Source of the DNA: the human T2T-CHM13v2.0 reference genome, Homo sapiens
Assembly: GCF_009914755.1 (NCBI RefSeq)
Contig: NC_060926.1
Direction: 5' to 3' (one strand)
DNA: 64,000 bases
The stretch's first letter is position 1. Every line of letters begins with the position of its first letter. This document shows, one piece after another, positions 1 through 16,311 of the stretch. Under the pieces are notes generated by a model. The model saw only the letters and a program-made list of their open reading frames with translations. It made no database searches and was not told where the DNA came from. Both the position numbers and the translations under genes were made by a program.

Positions 1-350
1 ATGATGAGTTCATGTCCTTTGTAGGGACATGGATGAAACTAGAAACCATCATTCTCAGCAAACTGTCGCAAGGACAAAAAACCAAACACTGCATGTTCTC
101 ACTCATAGGTGGGAATTGAACAATGAGAACACATGGACACAGGAAGGGGAACATCACAATCCGGGGCCTGTTGTGGGGTGGGGGGAGGGGGGAGGGATAG
201 CATTAGGAGATATACCTAATGTTAAATGACGAGTTAATGGGTGCAGCACACCAACATGGCACATGTATACATATGTAACAAACCTGCACATTGTGTACAT
301 GTACCCTAAAACTTAAAGTATAATAATAATAAAAAAATTAAAAAAAAAAA
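1..350 (+). mobile_element. 3' end of a primate L1PA LINE-1 (ORF2 C-terminus, 3'UTR, A-rich tail) inside a TRAF3IP1 intron
   Basis: Encodes ORF2 terminus MKLETIILSKLSQGQKTKHCMFSLIGGN*, then the G-rich tract and ...CCTAAAACTTAAAGTATAATAATAATAAAA tail typical of L1PA. Confidence 0.95.
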
Positions 351-1253
351 GGAAAGAAGGAGAAAGAACTGATGTTAATTTTCCCAAGCTTATTGATTCT
401 TATCAACTCACATCAGTTTCTGACATTCAGAGATGTCTGTGATCAAAGCTCATATGAAGAGAATTCTAAATGTTGCATGGCAAAGAACCCAAGAACTCCT
501 GGCCCAAACCGCATGCAGCTCCCCACTCGTCTCTGCGTCCTCCTCACCTCCTTCACCTGCTGCTGTCTCAACTTGACCCCTTCCATCTGGCCCCTGACCC
601 CTGGACTCTGTGGCCTCCCTGAGCGGCCAGCACAGTCACGTCTAAGTCGACCTGACCATCTGCCTGCTGGGTGCTGCTGGCTGCTGCTGGCTGCTGCTGG
701 CGCTGGCTGCCCTGCACATTCTCCATGCCCTCCTTTCCATGGCACCAGTTTCTGCCTCTCCTTTGGGTTTCTTTCCCCTTGCCCCCTGGCAAGCTGGGTT
801 TTGAAGTCATTTGGGATGGAAGGTGGGCCATTTGAAGAGCTGTAGGGTCAGGCCCTCATTCTGCCAGTCCATTTGGGAAAAATCTTCCATGTCACTAAGC
901 TCTTGTAACAATAGCTACAAAAGTTGCTTGTTAGTTGGGAACTGAAATCTGCCTGTATAGAGATTTGCCCTCAGATGGATTTCCAGGTAAAGACAGACCC
1001 CCATCCCCATTGAGCAGGGAAGGAGCGGCCCCTCCCTGGCAGTGCTGTGTCCTCTGATGGCGTGCAGCACTTCAGAGTTACTCTGTTAGGCAGCATGGCT
1101 CTCCCTTTGCATGGGAGTGAGTGTCCCACAACCAGCACTGTCTCTGCCTGCGCCTTTCCTCCCAGCCCCATGGCCGTGTGCTGAGTGCACCGGCCCTGTT
1201 CTGCCTTTGGACTGAGGAGGCGTGTTCCTCTTCCTATGTCTCCCTGACTGTAG

Positions 1254-1474
1254 GAGCGATCTCTCTTTGAGTCGGCATGGAAGAAGGAGAAGGACATCGT
1301 TTCCAAGGAGATAGAGAAGCTCCGCACGTCCATCCAGACCCTGTGCAAGAGCGCACTTCCCCTGGGGAAGATCATGGACTACATCCAGGAAGACGTGGAT
1401 GCCATGCAGAATGAGCTGCAGCTGTGGCACAGCGAGAACAGGCAGCACGCCGAGGCCCTGCAGCAGGAGCAGAG
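1254..1474 (+). CDS. TRAF3IP1: TRAF3IP1/IFT54 penultimate coding exon (C-terminal coiled coil)
   Basis: ctgtag acceptor; reads [73 protein letters not shown]; AG|GTGGGG donor; 221 nt, phase matches the next exon. Confidence 0.96.
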
Positions 1475-2590
1475 GTGGGGGGTAGTAATGGGGAGGGGGC
1501 CCTGCAGCAGGAGCAGAGGTGGGGGGTAGTAATGGGGAGGGGGCCCTGCAGCAGGAGCAGAGGTGGGGGGTAGTAATGGGGAGGGGGCCCTGCAGCAGGA
1601 GCAGAGGTGAGGGGTAGTAATGGGGAGGGGGCCCTGCAGCAGGAGCAGAGGTGAGGGGTAGTAATGGGGAGGGGGCCCTGCAGCAGGAGCAGAGGTGAGG
1701 GGTAGTAATGGGGAGGGGGCCCTGCAGCAGGAGCAGAGGTGGGGGGTAGTAATGGGGAGGGGGCCCTGCAGCAGGAGCAGAGGTGGGGGGTAGTAATGGG
1801 GAGGGGGCCCTGCAGCAGGAGCAGAGGTGAGGGGTAGTAATGGGGAGGGGGCCCTGCAGCAGGAGCAGAGGTGAGGGGTAGTAATGGGGAGGGGGCCCTG
1901 CAGCAGGAGCAGAGGTGAGGGGTAGTAATGGGGAGGGGGCCCTGCAGCAGGAGCAGAGGTGGGGTGTAGTAATGGGGAGGGGGCCCTGCAGCAGGAGCTG
2001 AGGTGGGGTGTAGTAATGGGGAGGGGGCCCTGCAGCAGGAGCAGAGGTGAGGGGAAGTAATGGGGAGGGGGCCCTGCAGCAGGAGGAGAGGTGGGGGGGT
2101 AGCAGGGGGATAATGGGGAGGAGGCCCTGCAGCAGGAGCAGAGGCGGGGGGTAGCAGGGGGGTAGTAATGGGGAGGGGGCCCTGCAGCAGGAGGAGAGGT
2201 GGGGGGTAGTAATGGGGGGGTGCCCTGCAGCAGGAGCAGAGTTGGGGGGTAGCAGGAGGGTAATGGGGAGGGTGCCCTGCAGCAGGAGCAGAGGTGGGGG
2301 GTAGCAGGAGGGTAATGGGGAGGGGGCCCTGCAGCAGGAGCAGAGGTTGGGGGTAGCAGAGGCAGGGAGTAATGGGGAGGGGGCCCTGCAGCAGGAGCAC
2401 AGGTAGGGGATAGCGGAGTGGGGGGAGTAATGGGGGAGGAGGCCCTGCAGCAGGAACAGGTTGGGGTGGGGCAGGAGGGTAATGGGGAGGGGGCCCTGCA
2501 GCAGGAGCAGAGGTAGGGGTGTAGCGGAGTGGGGCAGTAATGGGGAAGAGGCCCTGCGGCAGGAACATAGGTGGGGGGTAGTGGAGGGGG
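1454..2590 (+). repeat. G-rich VNTR, 44-bp unit GGCCCTGCAGCAGGAGCAGAG-GTGRGGGGTAGTAATGGGGAGGG; ~14 near-perfect copies followed by longer diverged copies
   Basis: GT donors recur at 1475, 1519, 1563, 1607 and onward (period 44); explains the three repetitive minus-strand ORFs. Confidence 0.97.
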
Positions 2591-2886
2591 GATCCCCAAA
2601 GTCAGTGGGGACTTTGCTGCATACCTCCTTGTCCCAGAGGTTGTTCTGTATGTAATTTAAGGACTTCAAGATTATCATTGAAGAAATATTAACTGCTGCT
2701 TTTATAAATCTCATGTTTGACTTCACTTTTGGTTGTGGCAGGGGTTGTGAAAATAAGAAATAAATATTATCCTTTTCTTTGGATGAAACGAATAATTTAC
2801 TTCTGTTGTCTTTCAATGTCTTAATTAAGAAGCCAACACACAATGAGATGAGAGAGTGATGAGCCGCTGGTTTTGTTCTCCCTCAG

Positions 2887-3052
2887 GATCACAGACTGTG
2901 CCGTGGAGCCCTTAAAGGCTGAGCTCGCGGAGCTGGAGCAGCTGATCAAAGACCAGCAAGACAAGATCTGTGCTGTGAAGGCCAACATCCTCAAGAATGA
3001 AGAAAAAATCCAGAAAATGGTATATAGTATCAATTTGACTTCGAGAAGGTGA
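2887..3052 (+). CDS. TRAF3IP1: TRAF3IP1 last coding exon
   Basis: ttctccctcag acceptor; (R)[57 protein letters not shown] at 3050-3052. Confidence 0.96.
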
Positions 3053-5035
<1,983 letters not shown>

Positions 5036-6399
5036 GTATGGATTGTGCAGTTCGATTCACACATGGAAAAATCATAAGCATTTGGATTTTTTATTTTCAA
5101 ATGTGTGTGTTTTGTTTTTCTCGTGAGGAAAGTTCAGGGAAATACATCTTTTCATTCATATTGTGACACATCTCTTTTCAGTATGAATTGAAGTTTTATA
5201 AGATAGGTAAGCATTTATCAGAAATTGTAAGATCATTTGTGAAGTTTTAGAAGGTCTCTACACGTGATTGTTACTGTATCTTATCCTACACACTAGATCC
5301 TGATCTTAATTTGAGAAATTTAATTTTTCTCTTATTTTGAGACAATACACAAATGGGATTATTAAGTATTTTTCTATACTTTGGTTTATAAGTTTTCAGG
5401 GAGTACTGGAGTCATACTTCAGGAATTTGAATTTAAAAGTTGAGCTGATGATAATTTATATTCAAAGGAAATGCATAATAAACCTTTGGAAGAAATAGTT
5501 CAAGACTAAAATGCAGCTTTCTACTTTGATATTCATCCTTATTTTTCTTTTTAATAATCAACTTTTAAAAACTGAAATCTATGAAGAAAAATGATGTCAC
5601 TTGGTGACATGAAGTGCTACTTAGGATTTGGGTGATATGGAATTCTAGTCAGTGTATTAACGAGTGCCCCCGAACTATTCCGGTGCTAGTCTTCTGAGCT
5701 GCCCTGGACTGATGGGGTTTATCTTCTGTTGGTCGATGTGCACAGTGTCATGGCACACGAGTAAGAGAAAAGATGGCCAGGGCCTTTGAGCAGCTTTGGG
5801 ATCAGTAGCCAGTGTGAGCCAGCAGCAAGCAGGATGAGCAGCCTGTTTGAGCTTCCGCAGGAACCTGCTTCAGAAGGAGGCCACGCCCAAGCAGGATCAA
5901 GGCTCAGCATGTCACCGTCAGGGAAGACACTAAACACCCAGACCTGGACTTGGCTCCCCACTCTGGACTCTTCTTTCCACACCCGAAAGTGCAGAGAGTA
6001 AATAACCTTGTTCATGGCGCCTCTACGTAGACCACTGTGGGCTCCTCTGAGGGGCTCTCCAGCAAAGACTAATGTAGCAAAGCAGAAGTAAGAAAAATTC
6101 TAAGTCAAGCATGAGCCAGCCTAAGTCGGAGGAGAAGGAATAGCTGTTCTCAGTGATTCTCAAATGTAACTACTTGCTACATTTGGGCTCTGAGTTTAAC
6201 TCTATCATAGGATACACTTTATTAATAAAAATGTTTTATATTTTCCTAAAAGGTGTTTCAATAAGTATGGTTTATGCAAGCTTTACATTGGGGCATTAGT
6301 GAAGCCCCCTAGTCAGAACCCCTTTTTGATTATGTGTATTTTCATAAAGGGATATTGGGAGGGACTTTGGTTTCTTTTAAATTCAGCAAGAGAAATTTA

Positions 6400-7075
<676 letters not shown>

Positions 7076-8830
7076 TAAAACTTGTTTTTAAATCCATATA
7101 TAGAGCTGAATTCCAAATTGGTTATCAGTTTCTTAAACCAAGCAAATTGGTCTTTCTGTTAAGAAAATGGAGTTCAAAAGAAAGTTAAATTACACATATT
7201 ACAAGAAGGTTGTACTCTGGTCAGTCAGGGCAGAATCACATCCTTGTAAATGAATGCAGTCAAATGTGTGTGTCCAGATTGGTGGGCGTGTGGTGTTGGC
7301 GAAAGCACCATAGAAACCTCTGGGTGTCTTCTGATGAAGCCGGGCACCCAGAGCCATGTGATTCCAGGAGATGCTTGTGGAACAAGGCTGGGCTGGCCCT
7401 GCCCCACTGGGCACACCGATGGTAGGGTCTGATTTATGTTCTCCAGCAGCCAGGCATGACACTTTGTGGATAGTGCTATGTGTAAGTTTTTAAAGAAAAT
7501 TATCCTTACTGTCAATCATGTATCAATATCACCCTTAGTCGTGCCAGGTATTCATGTTGGCATAACTAATTCATATTCCTAAAGTATTCATTTCTTCTTA
7601 TTTAAAGGACTTTTAATGGAAGAGGTAATATATTAGCATGGATCCACAATCACGGTTAGCTGAAAGGGTCCTCTGTGAGAGGTCCCCTCCCGTGGTCCCT
7701 GTCTGCCTTGCTTCTCCTTGCCCCTGTAGGCAGCCATTTGCATTAGACCCTTGTACAAGCAGATAAGAATATTTACTTTTATACCCCTGCAACATACAGT
7801 TTCACAAAAGGTCATAGTCTATACCCTGTTCTGAACCTTGGCTTTTCGGATTTATGCAGTCTGGGGACCTCAGAGTGTCCACCCTAGACACCGTCCTCAC
7901 TTCTCTCCAGGCTGCGTGGATCTCCCCCTGCGGCTGCCTGGCTTCTCCTGCTGGCTCCCTGGTGCTCAGTCGCGTGGTTTCTAGTCTTCCGCCATTAAAA
8001 GCAATGCCGCCGCGAATAGCTTTGTTCTCCCATCATTTCTTCTGTGTGGAGAGATACCCGGAAGTGAGACTGCAGGGTCAAAGCACAGTGTGTCGCCATA
8101 TTGGTGGGTGTTGCCAGATGCTGTTTGTGGGATGGTTCCATGTTCCTGCACCAGAAAATATGTGGAAGTGTCTTTTCCCTGCAGCCTTCCAGCGGCGGAT
8201 GGCCACACGTAGACATTTCCACTGCTCAGGCGAGAAAGAGGATCTCAGCATGTTTTCATTTACACTTTCGCATTTTGACTGAGTTGTAGCCTCTCTTGAT
8301 GTGTTTAAGGGTCATTTGCTTGTTTGCTTTTCTGTTCTGTGAGCTGACTGTTCAGCTGCTCATTTGCCCTTTGTTCTGTTGGACTCTTGGTTTTCCCTCC
8401 TGGATTTCTAGAAGCACTTCGTGTTTTGAGTTCATATTATTCCCAGATTGCCTTTTGACTGTGCTATAGCTTCCTTGCCCCAGTGCGATGCTGGACAAAT
8501 ACGAAGGACAGTCCTTGTGATTTTATAATTGGTCCGATGCTGCCAGGAACGATGGCGACGGCTGTTTTCTCGTGTTAAAAACAGACTCTTCTGATCCTGG
8601 TTACAGAGAACCTCTAGCAGGAATGGATGTTGAATTGTTCTTGTGATCGCATTTTGTCTCCTTTGGCTTAGTAATGTGCTATTCTCGATTACCCAACATG
8701 AAAATATCCTGCGTTCATAGATGAAGTCTTGCGTGCTCAGTCGGGCTGTTCCTCCCTCATGCTGAGTAGTTCTGCCGCACATGCGTGAATCCACTGTTTC
8801 TTGCTGCCCGGTGCTTGTCAGCCGGCAGGG

Positions 8831-8987
8831 GGGTTGAGGGCATTACTCTGTTGTTTGATTAACCCCAGTCTTAGGTAGACACCGTGTCCCTGGGTCTTGG
8901 CTGTAGCTGGGTTGGGGGCATACTCTGTTGCTTGATTAACCCCAGTCTTAGGTGGACACCGTGTCCCTGGGTCTTGGCTGTAGCTCT
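8831..8987. repeat. 77-bp tandem duplication (2 copies)
   Basis: TTGATTAACCCCAGTCTTAGGTRGACACCGTGTCCCTGGGTCTTGGCTGTAGCT occurs twice, 77 bp apart. Confidence 0.93.
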
Positions 8988-9027
8988 GGAACCAGCTTGC
9001 ATTCCTGCCCCTCCCCCAGGAGTCAGG

Positions 9028-9279
9028 GTCTCCTATTCCTTCCCAGCTACAGGGGTTCCCCCAGTGCCCTAAGGCTGACAGGTTTCTCAGCTGCCCCTGC
9101 ACCGTATTTTCTGTCCCAAAGGGGAGAAGATTCCAGCAGTAGTTCTGTGCCCTCCAGCAATGACTACCGTTGGAAACTTCTCCCCTCTGGGACAGAAGAC
9201 ACCGTTCAGGGGCAGGTGAGAAGCCTGACAGTCTTAGGGAATGGGGAAACCCGCTGGAGCTGGGAAGGGAGTAGGAGAC
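9028..9279. repeat. Long imperfect inverted repeat (~115-bp arms, ~19-nt loop)
   Basis: The reverse complement of 9163-9279 aligns to 9028-9143 at roughly 80-85% identity by eye. Confidence 0.9.
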
Positions 9280-9551
9280 AGGGCCCATAGGGAAGAAGGG
9301 TCTTTCTCAGGTGTGCACAGCAAGGGACACTTCAAACTTTCTCCAGTCTTTCCTGAGAGGTTTTGTGGAAACAGCCTTGGGGAGGCAGCTGACCCCTGTT
9401 GAGGCCCTGGGGGCTTTGCGTTCTCTCTCCTGGAGCACACTTGTCCTGCAGCCGCCCCACTGAGCTTTGCTCCCCAGGTTGGCCTGCACTCCCCTGCCCC
9501 CTCTGGCAGCTGGCTGTCTGTCCTTAGGTTTGTCCAGCTGTTTTTCATCTA

Positions 9552-9896
<345 letters not shown>

Positions 9897-12800
9897 TTAC
9901 TACTTCTGAAGGTGTTTCCTAGGTCTTAACCCAAACTGGGTTGAGAGGCCCTTGACACAGATTGACTTTGAAAGTCTGGCCCAAAGCGGTGCCTCGCTTT
10001 TCACCCCTGGCCTCTGTATCTTGTTCATGGATCATGCTGCATTGTTTCTGAAGCACAAACAAGGTTTATTATCAACAGTAAGTGGCAGATCTGCGTGGGG
10101 TTCAAGCTTGAACAGGAAGTAGCCGAGGCGAGAACCACAGTGTGTGTGCCCCGCGGAGCCCACAGCATAGGCCCTGACTGCCAGGCCTCCCGTCCCACCA
10201 CCGGCCTTCTGGGGGTTGTGGCTAGACCCCTCCTCCCCTGCCCAGTTTTGTGGGTGGTGGGCATAGCTTCAGGCCTTCTTTCACCTTTTGGGCTTCATTC
10301 CTCTCCCCTGCCAAACCGCGCCCCTGCAGGGTAAATTTTGCCCATTCTTGAGGTGGTGTGGAAGAACACAGAGTGTGGGTCAGGACACCTTCCTGTCAGG
10401 CGTGGATGTGTGATTTGGGGTGCTCCTATCTGTCTCTCCTTTGAGCCTCAGTTGTCCACTGACAGGTCATCTTAGCCACGGGGAGCACACGTGGCTCATG
10501 GGTGCCTGGTGATTGTTGGTGTGCGGTGCGCTGGCAGTGTGTGCTGTGCTGTCCCTCACCTCGGCGGTTGGCTGGCGGGGCCTGGGGGCTCCTGCTCAGC
10601 TCCGACCCTTCAGGACCAGCTGCCTGTGGCCCTGTCTTGGTGGATGGTCTTACATCTCCTAGGCAGAGAAGCTGATGGCTGAAATGTGCCATAAAGACAC
10701 AGTGACATTGAGAAATGCCTCCGCCGTGTTTGGATAGCTTGCTATTAGCATGTTCCCATGAGGGACGGATACAGCAGCCTAAGCTGAGGACTCATGAGGA
10801 AATGAGAGCCCAGGCCCCACCCCTGAGGACGGACGAACCTCAGGGATGGGCAAGTTTGCCTCGGCCTCGGCCTCTGGTGGGGTGGGGGGCTCAGGCCTGT
10901 GGGTCGGGGGCTTGGCCTCTTGGGAGGGGGGTTGGGCCTCCTAGGTAGTGGCATTGGGATGAGAGAAGCGCCTGCTAGAAATTTGTGGTTTCAAAGCCGG
11001 GCATGTGACCCTTTAGAGCTAATGGGCCCTGACAGTTCTGGGAAGCATTTGTTTTATTTTCATAAAGTGCATAAAATCCTTCTGACTTGAGCAGAAAGAA
11101 ATTGGCGGTGCTGCTGCAGATGCTTCCCCAGGCTGCCCACCGTCTGCCAGACCAACCAGTGAGGACAGGCGGGGCCGATGGCTGTGGGGAGAGGGTGCCT
11201 AGGGCCAGCTTCCCCTGCACCTTGGGCCGAGGGACAGCCCGAGGAGGAGGAGGAGGAGGGAGAGGCTTCAGGTGAGGCAGTGAGGGACCCTCCACAGGAC
11301 TAGACTCCCAAGAGGACTGGGTGGTGTCTGTGTCCAATTCTGATGTGGGGACGCGCAGTAGTGAAACCTCCCAGGCCCTTCTGTCTCCCTGTCCAGGGGA
11401 CCTGGGGTGAGAGGGACCCTGCCCTCCTGCAGCCCAGCCTAGGATGCTAGTGCTAAATACTTTTTGGGCTGAAGAACTTCCTTAAAAGGACACAATTTCC
11501 AGAAGCCACAGATGAAAAAAAAAACGGACACTTCGCTCCATTAAAAAGTGAAACTTTCTGTATTCCAAGCAAAAGTAAAAAACAACACATTGGGATAAAC
11601 TTGCAATGTATTTTAAACTCTGTTTAAAGACAGACTTTTTAATAAGAGAAACAGCCCAACTGAACGATAGAAGAAAGGAATAAATAGGCAATCAAATAAT
11701 CACAAAGCATGAGAAACCAACTTTGCTGTCGAGAGAGAAGGTGGCAGAGATTTGGGAATCCAGACTGGAAGAGGAGTTACCTGGGCTTCCCAGCGGCGCA
11801 GGCACTGCCACGCCCTTGGCCTTGGCTGTTGGCTTAGGCAGGTGGCCTGACTCCGGCCTCCCTCTCCCACCTGCTTGGTTGGATTCAAGAGTGCTGGCCT
11901 CACCTTGTCATCAGAGCATACGTGCAGCATTAGGTGGAAAGTGCGAAGGGCAGCCCTCAGCACACAGCACACGGTGCGCTCCAGGCGGACCCTGGCTCTG
12001 GTTTGTGATCTGTGTAATGTAGGTTAATATCACAGTTGCACACATCTTTCCATTGCCAAAAATTTAAAAATTGATAGTATTTGGAGTGGCTGAAGATGTG
12101 GGGGTGTAAATTGTGTGAGACTTCTGGAGGACATTTTGGAAGTACTTCTCAAATTTAGAAATATTTTGCTGGCACAAGAAAAAGCTGGAGCAGGGACATG
12201 GCCCCCTATCTTGAAATAACAGGTCTGGGGTGGAGGGAGGGTTGAGCCTGTTCTCTGTGGCGCTGGAACCTATGGGTGGGAGACAAAGGGAGACTGATTT
12301 TGGCTCTGTGTAAGGAGGGAGCCTCCGTTCCAACAGGGTTCAAAGATGACAGGACAGCCCCTCATCAGGTAGATGGTGAGCTCCTCGTCACAGGAGGCGT
12401 GCAAGCAGGCAAGATCTCCACACCCCCATTGCACTTTCTACCAACTGCATCAACACGTCAGCACCCACGTAGGCTTCAGGCCTTGGCAGACATGACCTTC
12501 AGGAGCCCCCAGGCAGATGGAGCCTGGGCTGCAGTTCCTGCCTGCCCCTATCCCCCAACCCTTGGAAGGCCTCTGAAGTCTCCAGCGCCCCCTCACTGCT
12601 CAATGTTTGCCCAGGGAGTCCTGTCCGGCCCCCAACTTGTCCTTCTTCAAGCTGGGGAATGAATATCATCATTCCCTTTTGAATAGAAACCACCTTTTGG
12701 GGAGGTTCCCCACGGTGCAAGGACACGAGACCACCTTGCAGGCAGCCTTCAGCGGCCTGCCCCTCTTTGAGAACAGACTACATTTGCCAGTTTTCATACT

Positions 12801-14869
12801 TCACTTTCAAGGAGGCTGTGTAAGACCCCTTCAGAATTGGGGGTCTTCCAAAAATTTTATTCAAACCCTGGGCAAAGTTACCCTCTGTGACTGTGTGCCT
12901 GACACTGGCCGCCTGTGTTGGCCGCAGCTGCCCTGCAGTGTTCCAGGGCTTGGCACCTCAGGACTTGAAATTCCCTCTGTCGGGGAAGTCCCTCTGCTGT
13001 TTTGTTGGAGCTGCAGGGAAGAAAGAAAAGCCTCCTGGCGGGCGGTTGTTGAGGAAGAACTTTGGCGCCTACTTTCTCAAGTGAGCCTCCCCGGGGCTGG
13101 GAGTCAGGCCATAGCCAACCCACAGATGAGGAAACCGAAGCTCAGAGAGCAAGGTACAGTCCCTGCCAGCTCTCGGTCCCTGGCACGATGTCCTTTGGGA
13201 TTTAGGGGTCTGGCTGCGTTGGCTGAGCACATGGCTGGCCCGGGACCCCAGGGAGCAGTTCAGGAGAGCATGGCCTGCCTGTCCCTGGGATTTTTCTGCT
13301 TGAGTGTTCTGTCATCTGCGTGAGCACACAGCTAAGAAAGGGCAGGTTGCTGAGTTGAGATTAGCGTGACCACTTTTTTGGCTGATGTGTGAGTGAGTGA
13401 GGATGCTTGAGAGGGCAGAATAAGAGAGGCGTTCCTGCTCTAAACAGTTCCACTGGGCTGCATGGCCACCGCCCGCCCCAAACCATGCACCTGAACCAAG
13501 ATCTTGTTACTTGGCCCATCCTGCCCCGAGGGTGCAGCCGCTCATTGTGGGAGGGTCCGCAGGGCGGCCAGACCCATTAAGCCCAGCAGGCGTGGCGCCA
13601 GCACCCGCGGCGCTTTCCACAGCCCTCGAAAGTGTTTTCATTTCTTTCATAATCAAGAAAAAAATGAACTTTTAGGTCAAAGTCAATGTTTTAATATACA
13701 ATATTAATATATTCATCTTTACATCAATGCCATCGTAAAATAGAATTTTTAATATTTTTTATGGAGGAGGGGCTCCTGAAAGTCATAATGCAGCCCCGAA
13801 CCTTGGCCGGTCGCTTGGACTCGCAGCCATCCCCCGTGTGGCTTGGACCCACCGCGAAGCTGACCTCATTCTACTCTTCAGCCCAGCATGCGCCCGGGGA
13901 GAGGAGCAAGCTCTCATTCTTCTGGTGGGTTTTCCATTTCCAGGGATTATGGCTCTAAAGAAAAGCGTCTTTGGGACAGTTTCAATACAAACACCAGGAT
14001 GCTTTTAAAAATAGAACTTTCAAATAATATCTCTTAAACCATGGATTTTAAGCATTAATCTCGTTCGATAGTTGCAAAATCAAAACCTTCCGTCAGCACG
14101 TCGACCTGGATCTTGCAGCCCGCGGCGCTGTGCAGGGAAGCTCTCCTCTCAGACGCCCCTTGAGCTGTGGTTGCTTCTCAGCCCCTGTTCAGAGCATAGT
14201 CACATGGGCGAGGCTTGTGAGCTTGTGAGCCAGGCCTTTATTCCTCCACGAGGGCTCTCTCCCATTGCCAGTAAAACTGCACACCCGTTTATTTCTATAT
14301 TTTCCCTATTTTTACACCTGCCAAAACATCCATTTGTGGTGGTAAAATACTTGGACTCCCTAGCAGTGAAATGAAAAAGGTTGTGATTTATATAAAGAGC
14401 AGAGTGGCCTCTGGGGTGAGTTGGGCTGAATTAAGGTCCCTGTAACCTCCAAGATGAGCCTGGCAGGACGCAGCTAGTGGGGCACGTCCATGGCTGCATG
14501 GTGGCCTCCAGGCCATGCTTACCCACTCTCCTCTCCAACCCCCAAAGCCTTCTGCTACTGGCTGGCATGGTGAGTGCCTGGGCACCAGGAACAGGGCACA
14601 AGGGGCACTCGTGGGCTGGGGCTGGCTGTACAGTGAGAGACATTCAGGAATGTTACGAGCCATTACATTAAAATACAAAGGTAAGGAATATGGAAAACTA
14701 ATTTTTTACATTTTCCTTGTGTCCATGCCCTGAGGTGATTTATATCTTGGACCTCAGGGGGAAATCCTGGGGTGTATGTGCGATTGTGCATCTCTTCTAA
14801 CTCCAAGTTGGGTGAATTCACATTCGCTGAAGGCAAGAGTATTTACACCACGGAAATTGACAGATGCTA

Positions 14870-15357
<488 letters not shown>

Positions 15358-16276
15358 CTAGCCCTCACCCCTGTGGGGCAGGTGGGGGGCGTCAAGGAAT
15401 TCAGGCCCCTGGAAAAGTGAAACCTTCCGCTCCAGAGCAGCCCCTGAAAATCCTCTGGGTCGCTGGGGATTTGCCCTCCTTTCCAAGATCATCTCCTAAC
15501 GACAGGTTCTTCAAGTTACACTTCTCCCTGAGTCCCCAAGCCCGTGTAAATAGCCGGTTCCCTGGATCTGGGAAGGCTGGGCTGGGGCTGTGGATGGAAG
15601 GTATGTTGGTTGCTTTCCAAATGACTACACCTGTCCTGCTTCCCCATCAAACAGCCTCTGTGTTTACAGCTCCTTCAGGCTCTGTTTTTGTGAACAGGCA
15701 CATTTAGGGGCTTTGGATGTGGCCTTCCTCCCCTCGGTTCAGCGGGCTCCAGGGAACTGGGTATTGAGGTGTTCTCAGGGGTCCAACACCTTCAGCTGGG
15801 GGCTCCAGAACCAGCAAAGAGCCTGAGAACGGGGGCGGGGGATAGGGGAAGGAGAGTGAGAGGCCTTGCAGACAGATCAGAACTGGCCTTGGCGAATCTA
15901 GGTACAGAACCCAGGCTGCCCCTACCCAGGGTCCTGCCGGGTGGCATGCCTCACCGGGGAAGGCAGGATCGGGGGGGTCTCTGGTGTCTTTCCATGGGCA
16001 CCCAGTGTCCTGTGGTTTATTGTGTTCGTGTGATGGGCGTCAGTCCTGCAGCAGCACTAGGAGGACAAGAGGTGGGCCCTGGGGGCTTGTGTTTCCCAAG
16101 CCTCTGCTGCTGTTATCTTAGTTACCTTTATTGTTTTCCTTTCTGATAACCGAATTCATATTAATTCATCTAGAAAACCACACGAAGAAGTAAATAAACA
16201 TCACTTGTAAATCCCACCTTCCAAAATTGACCACAATTTATAATGCTAGTTGCTAGTATGTATTCATTTTCTCATC

Positions 16277-16311
16277 GTGTGTGTGTGTGTGTGTGTGTGT
16301 GTGTCTGTGTG
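16277..16311. repeat. (TG)n microsatellite
   Basis: Direct reading. Confidence 0.95.

Noticed and set aside
1086-2843. Long Pro-rich ORFs (585, 398 and 406 aa) on the minus strand
   Set aside because: Translations of the 44-bp VNTR; the C-rich strand lacks stops; antisense to real TRAF3IP1 exons
12607-13323. 238-aa ORF
   Set aside because: Non-ATG start, no recognisable domain or supporting splice pattern; expected by chance in GC-rich DNA
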